A stretch of DNA of 64,000 nt from Candidatus Latescibacterota bacterium (GTDB lineage Bacteria > Latescibacterota > UBA2968 > UBA8231). The stretch is from contig OZ253462.1 of NCBI GenBank assembly GCA_965261395.1, positions 3,520,001 through 3,584,000 on the forward strand, given 5' to 3'. Within the stretch, counting starts at the first letter, position 1, and each line of letters starts with the position of its first letter. Of the stretch, positions 29,204 to 38,473 are shown piece by piece. The notes beneath the pieces are model-generated. The model was not told where the DNA came from. It made no database searches and worked only from the letters and a program-made list of their open reading frames with translations. The translations under genes were made by a program, and so were the position numbers.

Positions 29204-31957
29204 CTATCCGATGCGCAAGCGGATAAAATAGCGAACGGCACCGACATCCACGCGGTGTGAGGAGGAAGGATAGCGGTCAAAATTTTTCTGGTACCCAATG
29301 TTGGTACTCACATCAACTCCCCGATAATTGCCGAGATTTTCCAGAACCAAAATGTAGTACCAAGAATCTCGGTCCAAAAAAGGCCGCACCAAGTCTCGGT
29401 GCTTCTCCTGCAGTGGCCATCCGAGGATCCCTCCTCGCAGCACTGTGTGCGGTGCCAAATGGTAATCTCCCCTTATGATCGGCGTCAGTGTATATGCATG
29501 TCTCTGCAAACTAAATAGTTCGGCCTTGGTCCGGTTGAAGACCGCCTTAAACATCGGACCGAAGCCGAAGCTATCGCCTAGGTGCCAGGTGTAATCGATC
29601 CTAGCGACATACCCCATAGTCGTTATGCGGCTGTCCGGCTGAAAGAAATCCCCATCAGTCAATTCTCGCTGGTCGTTGACTTCCACGAGAATATCATTGT
29701 AGATGTTCAAGTGTGGCAGCACGTCCGTGTTAACATGAGTCCCCACCACGAGGGTATTTTGCAGACTGTTGCGCAGCAGCAGACGATCTGGCAATACTTG
29801 GTACCTGCCGCTGCCGACGAATTGGTACAGATCATTGCTAATATCGTCCCGAACTCTCTTGGCGTAATAGCCGACCTGCAGCCGGCCGAGCCCCGGCCAG
29901 TGTCGCGGATAATTGGTCTTCACATAGGTGGTCAAGTCCCGGCCACCGCTGGCTGGCTGGCGCATATCGTAGTGGCCGACTCGCACCCACGCATACTGCT
30001 GGGAAGTAAAGGGACGCCAAGTGATGAAGAAATGACTGCCGCGACTGTCGTGATCGTAAGGGTAATCCGACCGGTTGTCGTTCTCCCACCCATCTACCAG
30101 ACCGTTATTGTTGAAATCGTCGCCGAACACAAAGGGCTGGTCGTAATAGGTCAGAACCTTGTCCGCTCCGTTGTACCAAATATTGTCCCGCACTCCATCG
30201 TTATCCACATCTAGGCCGGGAAAAACCCCGAATCCCAGACCGGCTCCTGGGGCCGGCGTCATGTTAAGCGAGGCAAAATCGCGCTCTTGCTCCCAGCGGT
30301 CAGGCCATTCATCCCGGTCGTCGTTGTCGTCCACCAAGTCAAAGGGGGCGATGACATTTTGCCGGGGGTTCTGCATTAGGGCTTGAAAAGAAGTGGCGAA
30401 GCCCGAAGGCAAGCTCACATACTCGAACCCCATGTCCCAACGGCCCATGTCCCGAAACACATTGAGGAAATAGGCGTCCTCGTTCGTGGAAAGACGCTTA
30501 CCCTCTCCCGAGGGGAACTTGAAATAGGAGGTGTTGCGGACGAATTCACCCCAAGCGTGGGAGCCCAAGACTTTGGCCTCGAAATTCATCCCGTAGAGAA
30601 TCATCCCCGTCGGGAATCCATAGCGGAACGTGATCCACCCCATATTGCCCCGGTCCTTGGCGTTGTTCTCAGCCCGCTTTACGGTGTGCCAATCCCGCCA
30701 TTGGACGTCGGTGCCGGTCCAGTCTAGGGCGCTGGCCACATCCACCACATAGTCTCCTGCGGCCAGTGCCCTGAAGCGCACCTTCTCGGAACCCGGAGGA
30801 ATCTCAAAGCGGTAGACTAGAATATCCGTCCCATTTACTTGTAAGAAAGGAACGCCATCGTGGCTTACGGGCTCTCCTTCCTTGAAGAACAGTCCGCCGC
30901 TGGTAAAATTGCTGAGTTGACCGCTACGCGTGTACCCCTCCCTGACAATTTCCTCCATCTGATAATTCTGGATTAGCCACGAAGGTCTGTCCGCCCGATG
31001 GAGCGCGATCTCACTGGTTCCCCGCCCGATAGTCCTGTTGGCAGCACCTATGAGTTCGGGCACCGAGTGGATCATCCGGATCATCGGCTCGATATCGTCC
31101 CGCCTCTCGCCGTCAACGTACAGCTCCATACGATAGATGCGTGGCCCTTCTCCGTCCCAATGGGAATCATCGCTGACTAGGACGAATACCGACTTTCCCT
31201 CGTCGAGAGCGGAAAAGGGGACGACTCCCTTGAGCGATCCCTCCTTTCTGCTTGCGATACTGTCGAAGTTGTGAGCATTGACATAGGTGGAACCCAGTTT
31301 GAGCACACTCCCCAGAGTTGTCTCCCAGTGCCCGCCTATCAGATAGGTTCCGAACGAAGGTCTGCCGAAAACGCCCCTTGGATTTACCTGAACGCCGCTC
31401 TGGGATAGCCCTGTGGCCAAGAGTACCGGATCCGAGATCCGCGAGGCGATGATGCTGAAACTAGTCTTGCGCGTAGAGGCGTCGAAGCGAAGGCCGTTGA
31501 GACGACTCAAATTCAGGGTCAAAGGCGAAAAGCGGGTGGGGATGGCATCGCCTACCATGATAGCGGCCGACCATCCCCGGTAGGAATCCATGCCGATCAT
31601 CAAGTTGCGGAAAATCCGTGGGTAGATCGGACTCTTGAAGACGGCGCTGCCTCGCTCTGGTCCCTCGGTACGGCTCTCCTCGAGTGTGAATACTGGAACC
31701 CCGTCAATCAAGTAGACCCCAAAGGGGTCGTAGACCCGCCGCTCAATATCCTGCTCATCAAAGTCGCGGTAGCCGTACTGTCCGAGATTCTCGTAACGCT
31801 CTTTTTGCCACAGGGGGTAGTAGTCGCGGGAGATTAGCTGGCCTTCGGCCCTACAAAAGCATAGGAGGAGCGCGGCGAATATAGCGAGTGATAATCCTCC
31901 TCTAATCCTCTCTACCACGACGCTTCTCCGCATTGCTTTGGGCTTGTGGTTTGACAC
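29204..31957 (-). CDS. Putative outer-membrane protein, paralog P1
   Basis: Signal peptide ending CRAEG; YDPFG, RFSPLTL, DDNDDRDEWPD, VFPGLDVDNDG; ends VRYFIRLRIG. Confidence 0.7.
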   Translation of the reverse strand: MSNHKPKAMRRSVVVERIRGGLSLAIFAALLLCFCRAEGQLISRDYYPLWQKERYENLGQYGYRDFDEQDIERRVYDPFGVYLIDGVPVFTLEESRTEGPERGSAVFKSPIYPRIFRNLMIGMDSYRGWSAAIMVGDAIPTRFSPLTLNLSRLNGLRFDASTRKTSFSIIASRISDPVLLATGLSQSGVQVNPRGVFGRPSFGTYLIGGHWETTLGSVLKLGSTYVNAHNFDSIASRKEGSLKGVVPFSALDEGKSVFVLVSDDSHWDGEGPRIYRMELYVDGERRDDIEPMIRMIHSVPELIGAANRTIGRGTSEIALHRADRPSWLIQNYQMEEIVREGYTRSGQLSNFTSGGLFFKEGEPVSHDGVPFLQVNGTDILVYRFEIPPGSEKVRFRALAAGDYVVDVASALDWTGTDVQWRDWHTVKRAENNAKDRGNMGWITFRYGFPTGMILYGMNFEAKVLGSHAWGEFVRNTSYFKFPSGEGKRLSTNEDAYFLNVFRDMGRWDMGFEYVSLPSGFATSFQALMQNPRQNVIAPFDLVDDNDDRDEWPDRWEQERDFASLNMTPAPGAGLGFGVFPGLDVDNDGVRDNIWYNGADKVLTYYDQPFVFGDDFNNNGLVDGWENDNRSDYPYDHDSRGSHFFITWRPFTSQQYAWVRVGHYDMRQPASGGRDLTTYVKTNYPRHWPGLGRLQVGYYAKRVRDDISNDLYQFVGSGRYQVLPDRLLLRNSLQNTLVVGTHVNTDVLPHLNIYNDILVEVNDQRELTDGDFFQPDSRITTMGYVARIDYTWHLGDSFGFGPMFKAVFNRTKAELFSLQRHAYTLTPIIRGDYHLAPHTVLRGGILGWPLQEKHRDLVRPFLDRDSWYYILVLENLGNYRGVDVSTNIGYQKNFDRYPSSSHRVDVGAVRYFIRLRIG

Positions 31958-31999
31958 AATCGGTGCCAGACCATCCCCCTGTTTCTCGCACCGGCCGCG

Positions 32000-34147
32000 C
32001 TAGTAGACGAGATGGACGACCCCAGCGGCCGTTGCATCCCCGTTATCCAGATTCGCTTTAACCGTAAAAAGATAAATTCCGGGGGGTACTAATTCGCCGG
32101 ACGCATCCATGCCGTCCCAGAAGCCCGGAACAAAGCGCGCTTGTTCTTTATTCAAGAGAGGATGAACATAGCGGCCGCCAACCAGCCGCTCCGTGTTGAG
32201 CCGGTTTACTCTGCGCCCGGACAGGTCGAAGATCTCCACATCCACGCGGCGCGGCGCGGCCACTTTGGTCAGTGTGAACTCGATCACGGTGAAGTCGTTC
32301 ACGCCGTCTCCGTTGGGTGTGAAGACACGAGGGTGGGCTCTGACATTGAGCAGATCCTTTGCCACCACATCGGTCACCACGACATCCCAGGAAGCGCCGT
32401 CCACCAAGTTCTCGCGGATGTTCTGTGGATTTTCAGAACCAGGACTGAATAGGGCGGCGCGAAATTCATGCGTGTCGGTGTAGAGGGCAGAGTGGACTAG
32501 AATTTGGAAGGGGATTTCCGTCCCGTCCGTTGAACTCAGCGGTGGTTCGAAGAGGATGTCTAGGTCGTTGACGCTCCCAGGCATAATCCGCAACACGCGT
32601 TCTCCCCCCGCGTCAAGACCCTCGCTACCCGTGGGAAACTGCGGCACAGGGATATCTTGGCCGAGCAGTTGAATCGAATCCACGCTAGTGGGAAAGCTGG
32701 GCAGGTGGAGCCGAATTTTCTCCACCGCGTCACCCTCGGCCAGCTCTAAGATAGCCCGATAGACGAAGGGAATCTCCATTCCCATCGGGACCTCGTTGGG
32801 GACCACTGAACCACGTGCATCCCTGGCGGCGATTGTCTCCGCGCTGAAGTCGATCGCAAGACTGTCCAAAGCCGGAGTAACTTCCAAGTCTTCGGTGCGG
32901 AGATTGACTCGATAGCGCAGATAGTGTCGCGGTTCGGGAGAGGGAACAAAGATGTCTGAGTCTTCGAATTCTTCACTCCAGGCACTCCAGCTAGCATCGG
33001 TCGTATCCGGCGAATCTCCCGTGCTGAACTGCAAGCTCAACCCCGTCGCTGCAGGCACATCCGCCCACCAGCGTACGCGCCCGAAATTCTTCACCGTAGC
33101 ATCGCCAAAGTCCAGCGGCGGCGAGATATAGCCTCCTTCAGAGACAAAATCAACGCCGTATATTTGAATCTCCGTCACCTGAGCCGGATCTTGGCCTACT
33201 TCTGCCTGAGTCACTTGGATCCGGACGTAGCGTGCCAGCACTGGATCAAAGAGCACTTCTGTGAAGATAAAGTCCTCTATGTCGTTAATTCCCCCCATCT
33301 CGATCCAGCGAGACTGGTCCTCGCTGATCTGCACAGAATACCCCAACAGCGAGTTGCCAGCATACGTCTCGTTCTCATCGGGTGGCTTGGTTATAACCCG
33401 AATCCGGTTGATCCGCGTCAGATCCGGCAGCGTGATGTCGACTAGGCGATTCAGCGCACTCAGTCCCTGGGGCAGAGACCATACCGGAGTGCCGATCCGG
33501 CCATCCGTCACTCCCACTTCAGTAGCATTCAGCCCCAGGGCTATATTTTGGCCACGCTGGTCGGCGAGGACGATGCGACCAGTGCTCGAACTACCCAGAT
33601 TCACCGCATTCGGATAGCCGGCGATTACCTCGGCGAGCGGATGAAATATGCCTTCTTGCACCTGCCCTCTGCTGATCGTTCCGGCCTGCACCCTCTCCCA
33701 CGAATTTTGCACATTCTCGGTTGTCCAGTCGGTTCCAACTTGCGCGGCGTCCGACCAGAACCAGGGAGATGTTTCGTCCGTGAAGTTACTCACCGCGACC
33801 TGAGGGCCGGCCTGAAGGCTGAAAATCAGGCCGGTGCCAGCTACCGCCTCGAAATGGTTCACCGCCACCGCGATATCGTTGGCCCCTGTTTGCAGGTCTA
33901 CAGAGACTTCTTCGGCAGTCCTCCAGTCGCTGTCGGATTCCACTTCGCTACCATTGAAATAAAGGGTATAATCCCCGATAGCTGTAATCCTCACGATCCC
34001 CGAGTGAGCCTGTTGAGCCTGGAAGGTATGACGGTAGTACGTCGTCTGCTCCCAGTGGCCGATGCGGAGAGTTTGGCCACAGAGCTGGCTGCTCCCAAAG
34101 CCGAGCAAGAGGAGAGTCAGGGACAGCAGAATTCTTCGTCTTCCCAA
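32000..34147 (-). CDS. Secreted protein: lectin-like + discoidin (F5/8C-like) domains + FlgD-Ig/CHU_C-like C-terminal domain
   Basis: Signal peptide; INRIRV...YSVQISED...ARYVRIQV...EIQIYG; C-terminal FTPNGDGVND...WDGMDASGELVPPGIY...HLVY. Confidence 0.8.
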   Translation of the reverse strand: MGRRRILLSLTLLLLGFGSSQLCGQTLRIGHWEQTTYYRHTFQAQQAHSGIVRITAIGDYTLYFNGSEVESDSDWRTAEEVSVDLQTGANDIAVAVNHFEAVAGTGLIFSLQAGPQVAVSNFTDETSPWFWSDAAQVGTDWTTENVQNSWERVQAGTISRGQVQEGIFHPLAEVIAGYPNAVNLGSSSTGRIVLADQRGQNIALGLNATEVGVTDGRIGTPVWSLPQGLSALNRLVDITLPDLTRINRIRVITKPPDENETYAGNSLLGYSVQISEDQSRWIEMGGINDIEDFIFTEVLFDPVLARYVRIQVTQAEVGQDPAQVTEIQIYGVDFVSEGGYISPPLDFGDATVKNFGRVRWWADVPAATGLSLQFSTGDSPDTTDASWSAWSEEFEDSDIFVPSPEPRHYLRYRVNLRTEDLEVTPALDSLAIDFSAETIAARDARGSVVPNEVPMGMEIPFVYRAILELAEGDAVEKIRLHLPSFPTSVDSIQLLGQDIPVPQFPTGSEGLDAGGERVLRIMPGSVNDLDILFEPPLSSTDGTEIPFQILVHSALYTDTHEFRAALFSPGSENPQNIRENLVDGASWDVVVTDVVAKDLLNVRAHPRVFTPNGDGVNDFTVIEFTLTKVAAPRRVDVEIFDLSGRRVNRLNTERLVGGRYVHPLLNKEQARFVPGFWDGMDASGELVPPGIYLFTVKANLDNGDATAAGVVHLVY

Positions 34148-34214
34148 GAGAAAGCCTTCTTCCTGTAGGGGGTGACTTAGCTGTGCCTAGACAGTTGAGA
34201 TGGGGTGTAAAAGA

Positions 34215-34264
34215 GGACAAGGTGGGTGAATCGTCCAAACAACAGGCAACCTCCCACCTTGTCC
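34215..34264 (-). terminator. Intrinsic terminator-like hairpin inside the operon
   Basis: Perfect 12-bp inverted repeat GGACAAGGTGGG (34215-34226) / CCCACCTTGTCC (34253-34264), followed by TCTTTT on the minus strand. Confidence 0.65.
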
Positions 34265-34289
34265 ATCTGTCGCAATATGACCCGGAATA

Positions 34290-36194
34290 TTACTTGAGCA
34301 AAGTCAGCTTCTTAGCCTCAAAGAAGCTACCGGCCTGCAGAGTGTAGAGATACACGCCACTGGCCACGCTCGCGCCAGAGTCATCGGTCCCATCCCACGC
34401 GCTCTGATACGTGCCGGCCTCGACCCAGCCCTGATGCAGAGTCTTCAGCAGCTGACCCGACAAATTGTATATCTGCAGCATCACGTTCTCATCCCGAGGG
34501 ATGCTGAAGCTGATAGTGGTCTGCGGGTTGGCCGGATTGGGAAAGGCGTTATCGAGCGCATATTTATCGGGCAGCCCCGCCCCCTCTACCGCCTCTACGA
34601 CCGTGGCACCATCGGGATTGATGAGCGCGGTCTTGGTGTCAAAGGGAAAGTGGATCGCCTGACGAGACGGAAATCCCGTGAAGTCGGGCACGTCCCAAGG
34701 GTCTGTCCCACCGCCGCGCCGCGAACCGATATCCCAGTAAAGCCCGTCGTACGGACCGTCTTCTTCAATCGACTCGACCCATTGCGGCCAGTGGGCCGGA
34801 GCGTGGGTGGCCACCATGTGGAGGATACCCGTGCCATCCGGTCCTAAGATATCCACAGTGCTGGTGGTACTGCCTAACAGCGGGATAAAGGCGAAGCCCC
34901 AGCCGTCCTTGCTGCCCGAACCAGATGTGTTCCACGGCGTGATGGAGAAGGCACCATAGTTGAATTCTCCGGTATCCGCGTTCCGCCGATCGGCAAAGCC
35001 ATCACCGTTGTCGTTGAGCCACTTCAACTCGCCGTCAAGGGAGATCTTGACATGCTGGGAGCCAGCATAGCCCACGCTGTAGATACCGGTATCGTCCACC
35101 CAGATATCGTGGGGGCTGAAGGCTTGGTTGCCCTCGCCTACATCCACGACCAGCCACTCGGACAGGTCGAGCACATCGATGACCTCGCCGGTAGCCGCAT
35201 CCTGAATCCCGACATTGGCTTGGGCGGGCGTGGTGCTACCCCGGTCGTAGATGGGGTAGTAGAGCCGTCCCTTCCATACATCTATGCCAGTCGATCCCAC
35301 AGCGAGATTCCCATCGCTGAAGGGCTCGAACTTCATGCGGCCGTCCCCCTCAGTGCCGAAGTTCCGGTCCAAGGTGACTTGACCATTCGCCGGATCTACG
35401 TTGAACTTGATGGCGCCGTAGACCGTTCCGTCCCAGCTATCGCCGTAGAAGTCGCCGGGCAGACTACCGTACTGTTTGCCGTTGCCGCCACCCTGCCACT
35501 CCGCCGGCATAACGTCATCCTCGTGGAAAACGGTCATGAGTTCGTTCTCGACGTCAATCGCCTGCCACGCGCCTGGCGTCTCCAGCCAGTTCGTGCCGAC
35601 GCGAGTGAGGAACAAGTGGCGCGGCCCATCCGCCGTCAGCCGTTGCGTGCTACCACCGGTCACAATGAAGAGATCGCCGTTCTGGTCGCGGGCCAAGGTC
35701 GACTCAGCCGTGTGCCGCTCATTGGTATAGCCCACCATGTTGATGGGTGCTTGGTCGTCAAGGCCGACGACAAAGAACCGATAGCTGGCATTGGGATCGG
35801 CCTGATTGCCGTCCATATCGTTGCCATCCCACCGGATTGAATGCGAACCCGGCTCAAAGCGAGAGCCCGGGGAAACCCACAGAGCCTTGTTCACTTCCTG
35901 GTAAGTATGCCAGTTGAAATCGCCCTCCACCGTCAGACCTGGAAGATCGGCATCCCCCCAGTTCGTGTAAACGGCTAGATGGACCGTGGCGGGAGATCCC
36001 GACATAGTGAAGGGAATATCCACAGGGAAGCTGCTGACGTTCATGTCCTCGACTTCGATCGTCAGCACCGTGGGCATCCGGCTCTCGGTTATTTCATTCT
36101 CCTCGCCGCCTATGGCACCCTGGGCAAATGCCGAGTGGGTAGGTAGCAAGGCGAAAGCTACTGCAAGGCAAATATTGGCTAAAAACGTCTTCAT
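34290..36194 (-). CDS. Secreted protein with N-terminal FlgD-Ig-like domain, propeller-like core and T9SS type-A-like CTD
   Basis: Signal peptide ending AFA; HSIRWDGNDMDGN near the N-terminus; C-terminal FPNPANPQTTISF...WDGTDDSG...SGVYLYTL...KKLTLLK. Confidence 0.8.
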   Translation of the reverse strand: MKTFLANICLAVAFALLPTHSAFAQGAIGGEENEITESRMPTVLTIEVEDMNVSSFPVDIPFTMSGSPATVHLAVYTNWGDADLPGLTVEGDFNWHTYQEVNKALWVSPGSRFEPGSHSIRWDGNDMDGNQADPNASYRFFVVGLDDQAPINMVGYTNERHTAESTLARDQNGDLFIVTGGSTQRLTADGPRHLFLTRVGTNWLETPGAWQAIDVENELMTVFHEDDVMPAEWQGGGNGKQYGSLPGDFYGDSWDGTVYGAIKFNVDPANGQVTLDRNFGTEGDGRMKFEPFSDGNLAVGSTGIDVWKGRLYYPIYDRGSTTPAQANVGIQDAATGEVIDVLDLSEWLVVDVGEGNQAFSPHDIWVDDTGIYSVGYAGSQHVKISLDGELKWLNDNGDGFADRRNADTGEFNYGAFSITPWNTSGSGSKDGWGFAFIPLLGSTTSTVDILGPDGTGILHMVATHAPAHWPQWVESIEEDGPYDGLYWDIGSRRGGGTDPWDVPDFTGFPSRQAIHFPFDTKTALINPDGATVVEAVEGAGLPDKYALDNAFPNPANPQTTISFSIPRDENVMLQIYNLSGQLLKTLHQGWVEAGTYQSAWDGTDDSGASVASGVYLYTLQAGSFFEAKKLTLLK

Positions 36195-36350
36195 AGTGCA
36201 TTCTCCAAGCTGGTATAACTGATGAAAGCTGAGTACTGCTGCGAAACTTCGTTTTGACCAATTTTGCTATTGACTATCTCCTTTCTCTTGGGTGTAACTC
36301 ATTACTATGGTTCTATATAAGCCTTTGTACCGGCTATTTTAGATTTTGCC

Positions 36351-36380
36351 AGTATACAAAAAAATCCCGCGCAAAAGCAA
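36351..36380 (-). promoter_or_regulatory. Sigma70-like promoter for the 36194-to-19277 gene run
   Basis: Minus strand TTGCTT-N18-TATACT in an AT-rich intergenic region. Confidence 0.45.
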
Positions 36381-36644
36381 ATTTTATCTTGACTTCGACA
36401 GATTTGGCTGAGGTGTAGATGGTAACTAGAGCTGGTATGCAAAATATTGGTTGGCGGAGTATTTTGCAACCAGCTCTAAGCTATCCCAACCCTGTCAAGA
36501 CCGCATTGCGTATTTATCTGATATGGACTGCTCACGCTCCGGGCTACTTGAGTAAGAGCCGCCGCCGTGTCTGCACGCCGCTGGGGTGGTGCGAAAATCT
36601 CCAACCGCACCGGGTCGATTACGGCATGAGTTCGCGCGTCGCCG

Positions 36645-37601
36645 TCAACGCCGCCAGCCGCCGGCCTCGTAGAATTCGCGCGATTGATCGACGGTTCTCT
36701 CCGTCTCCTGCAGAAAGGAGAGCAGGCCCTTGAGGAGGCCGACCAGATCGGGCCGTGCTCCAGCGCTGGTGGCGACACCTTCTGGCACGTAGGGATTGCC
36801 CGGCGCACTTTGCAAGATCGCCTGCGTGGTCTTGGGCATGTACGTGCACAGATACCCGTCGTAGCCGATCCCCTTCAGGATTCTGAAGATCTCTTGGTAG
36901 TCCGCGTGGCCAGTCCCGTGTTGACAGTGGTTGGTCTCGTTGAGGTGGAAGTGTTTGATCCGCGACCCGGCGTAGCGCAACGCATCCGGGATCGAGCCCT
37001 CCTCGACGTTCATGTGATACACGTCCGGCTGCACGCCGAGATTAGCGAGCCCGAGTTCATCGACGTAGTTGACCGCCTCGTAGATCGTCGTCAGCACGCC
37101 GGGGAGGCCCTCGTACGTGTTCAGCGGCTCCAGCAGGATGGTGATGTCGCGGCTTGCCGCATGTTCGCAGATTTCCCGGATCGACTGCCGGAAGTTGTTG
37201 CGCAGGGTCTCCACTGGCTCCAGCGGAAACGGCAACTGGGGAACCGCCGGCTGGGCCGCGCACAGCTCCGTAAAGCTGGCCCCGGCGTCGGCCGCCAAAT
37301 TGACGGTGTCTTTGGCGTACTGCACGGCGTGCGCCCTTTTCTCCGGGTCCGAGCTGGCGAGGTTGCGCTCCTCGCCGGCGTGGTAGTATCCCCACGCCGC
37401 GAGGACTTCCGGGACGACGAGGCCAGCGTCTTCTACCCGCCGCCGCCATTCGCAGCCATCCATCTTCTCCGGGTTGCCCGGCAGATCGATGCCGGTGTAT
37501 CCGGCCTCTGCGGCGGCTTGCAGCACTACATCAGGCTCTTCGAGGACGTTGTATCCGACCCACGGAAGCGTGTCGCACTGCAAGCTGTATTTGAAAGCCA
37601 T
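36645..37601 (-). CDS. Sugar phosphate isomerase/epimerase family (AP endonuclease 2 TIM barrel)
   Basis: LEPLNTYE, DVYHMNVEE, HFHLNE, GTGHADY. Confidence 0.88.
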   Translation of the reverse strand: MAFKYSLQCDTLPWVGYNVLEEPDVVLQAAAEAGYTGIDLPGNPEKMDGCEWRRRVEDAGLVVPEVLAAWGYYHAGEERNLASSDPEKRAHAVQYAKDTVNLAADAGASFTELCAAQPAVPQLPFPLEPVETLRNNFRQSIREICEHAASRDITILLEPLNTYEGLPGVLTTIYEAVNYVDELGLANLGVQPDVYHMNVEEGSIPDALRYAGSRIKHFHLNETNHCQHGTGHADYQEIFRILKGIGYDGYLCTYMPKTTQAILQSAPGNPYVPEGVATSAGARPDLVGLLKGLLSFLQETERTVDQSREFYEAGGWRR

Positions 37602-37831
37602 GATGTCCGTCTTTCTACGTTAGAATGGTGGTTGGTTAAGCTTTCGCTCGTCCAAAGAGGCCCGTGCGGATTGACCAAGTATCCTAGAAAGTCCTTTATA
37701 ATTCCTACACATTACAGGATGCCCGCTTCCGTTTGAAACGCACGCTCAGAGCGCATAATTCAGTCGTCATGCGCCTATTGCTAAAGTCGGATTGTGAACG
37801 ATTCGCTATACAATAAAAGTCTGGAAGGAAA

Positions 37832-38404
37832 ATGGTTCTCAGTGACCGCGTAATCAAGACGCTACTGGCAGAAGGCAAAATCGTCGTCGAGCCGCTGGGG
37901 GAGGGGTGCATTCAGCCCGCCAGCGTTGATGTTCATCTCGACAAGCACATTCTCGTGTTCCGCAACTCGCGCCGCCCATTTATCGACGTGCGCGAGGACT
38001 TGAGCGACCTGACTGAAATGGAGGAGATCGGCGAGCAACCGTTTATGCTGCATCCGGGCGAGTTCGTGCTGGGAAGCACTCTTGAGACTATAGAGCTGCC
38101 GGACGATCTGGTGGCGCGGCTTGAGGGCAAGAGTTCGCTGGGGCGCATCGGGCTGCTAATTCACTCGACCGCGGGGTATGTGGATCCCGGCTGGAAGGGC
38201 CATCTGACGTTGGAGCTGAGCAATGTGGCGAATCTACCCATCACGCTGTATCACGGCATGAAGATCGGGCAGCTCTCGTTCCTGCAGCTATCGACGCCGG
38301 CGGACAGCCCCTACGGTTCGCCGGGGCTGGGCAGCAAGTACCAAGGGCAGACCGTGCCCACGGCCAGCCGCGCGTACCGGGATTTTGAGGACGGCAAAGG
38401 TTAG
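37832..38404 (+). CDS. dcd: dCTP deaminase
   Basis: [46 protein letters not shown]. Confidence 0.97.
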   Translation: MVLSDRVIKTLLAEGKIVVEPLGEGCIQPASVDVHLDKHILVFRNSRRPFIDVREDLSDLTEMEEIGEQPFMLHPGEFVLGSTLETIELPDDLVARLEGKSSLGRIGLLIHSTAGYVDPGWKGHLTLELSNVANLPITLYHGMKIGQLSFLQLSTPADSPYGSPGLGSKYQGQTVPTASRAYRDFEDGKG

Positions 38405-38473
38405 CGGGTGGATGCAGTAGATGGAACGGGAGCTGTCGCTTTGGAAGCTAACAATCCATCCGAGGAACTAAAT

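Noticed and set aside
29197-29298. Long overlap of P1 and P2 in the ORF track
   Set aside because: Disappears with the ATG at 29196, which gives a proper signal peptide.
32000-36194. Flagellar locus suggested by FlgD-Ig and FlgT-like domains
   Set aside because: No flagellar structural or export genes; these domains are attached to Sec-signal proteins.
36684-37736. 350-aa plus-strand ORF
   Set aside because: Antisense to the well-supported epimerase; typical high-GC shadow frame.
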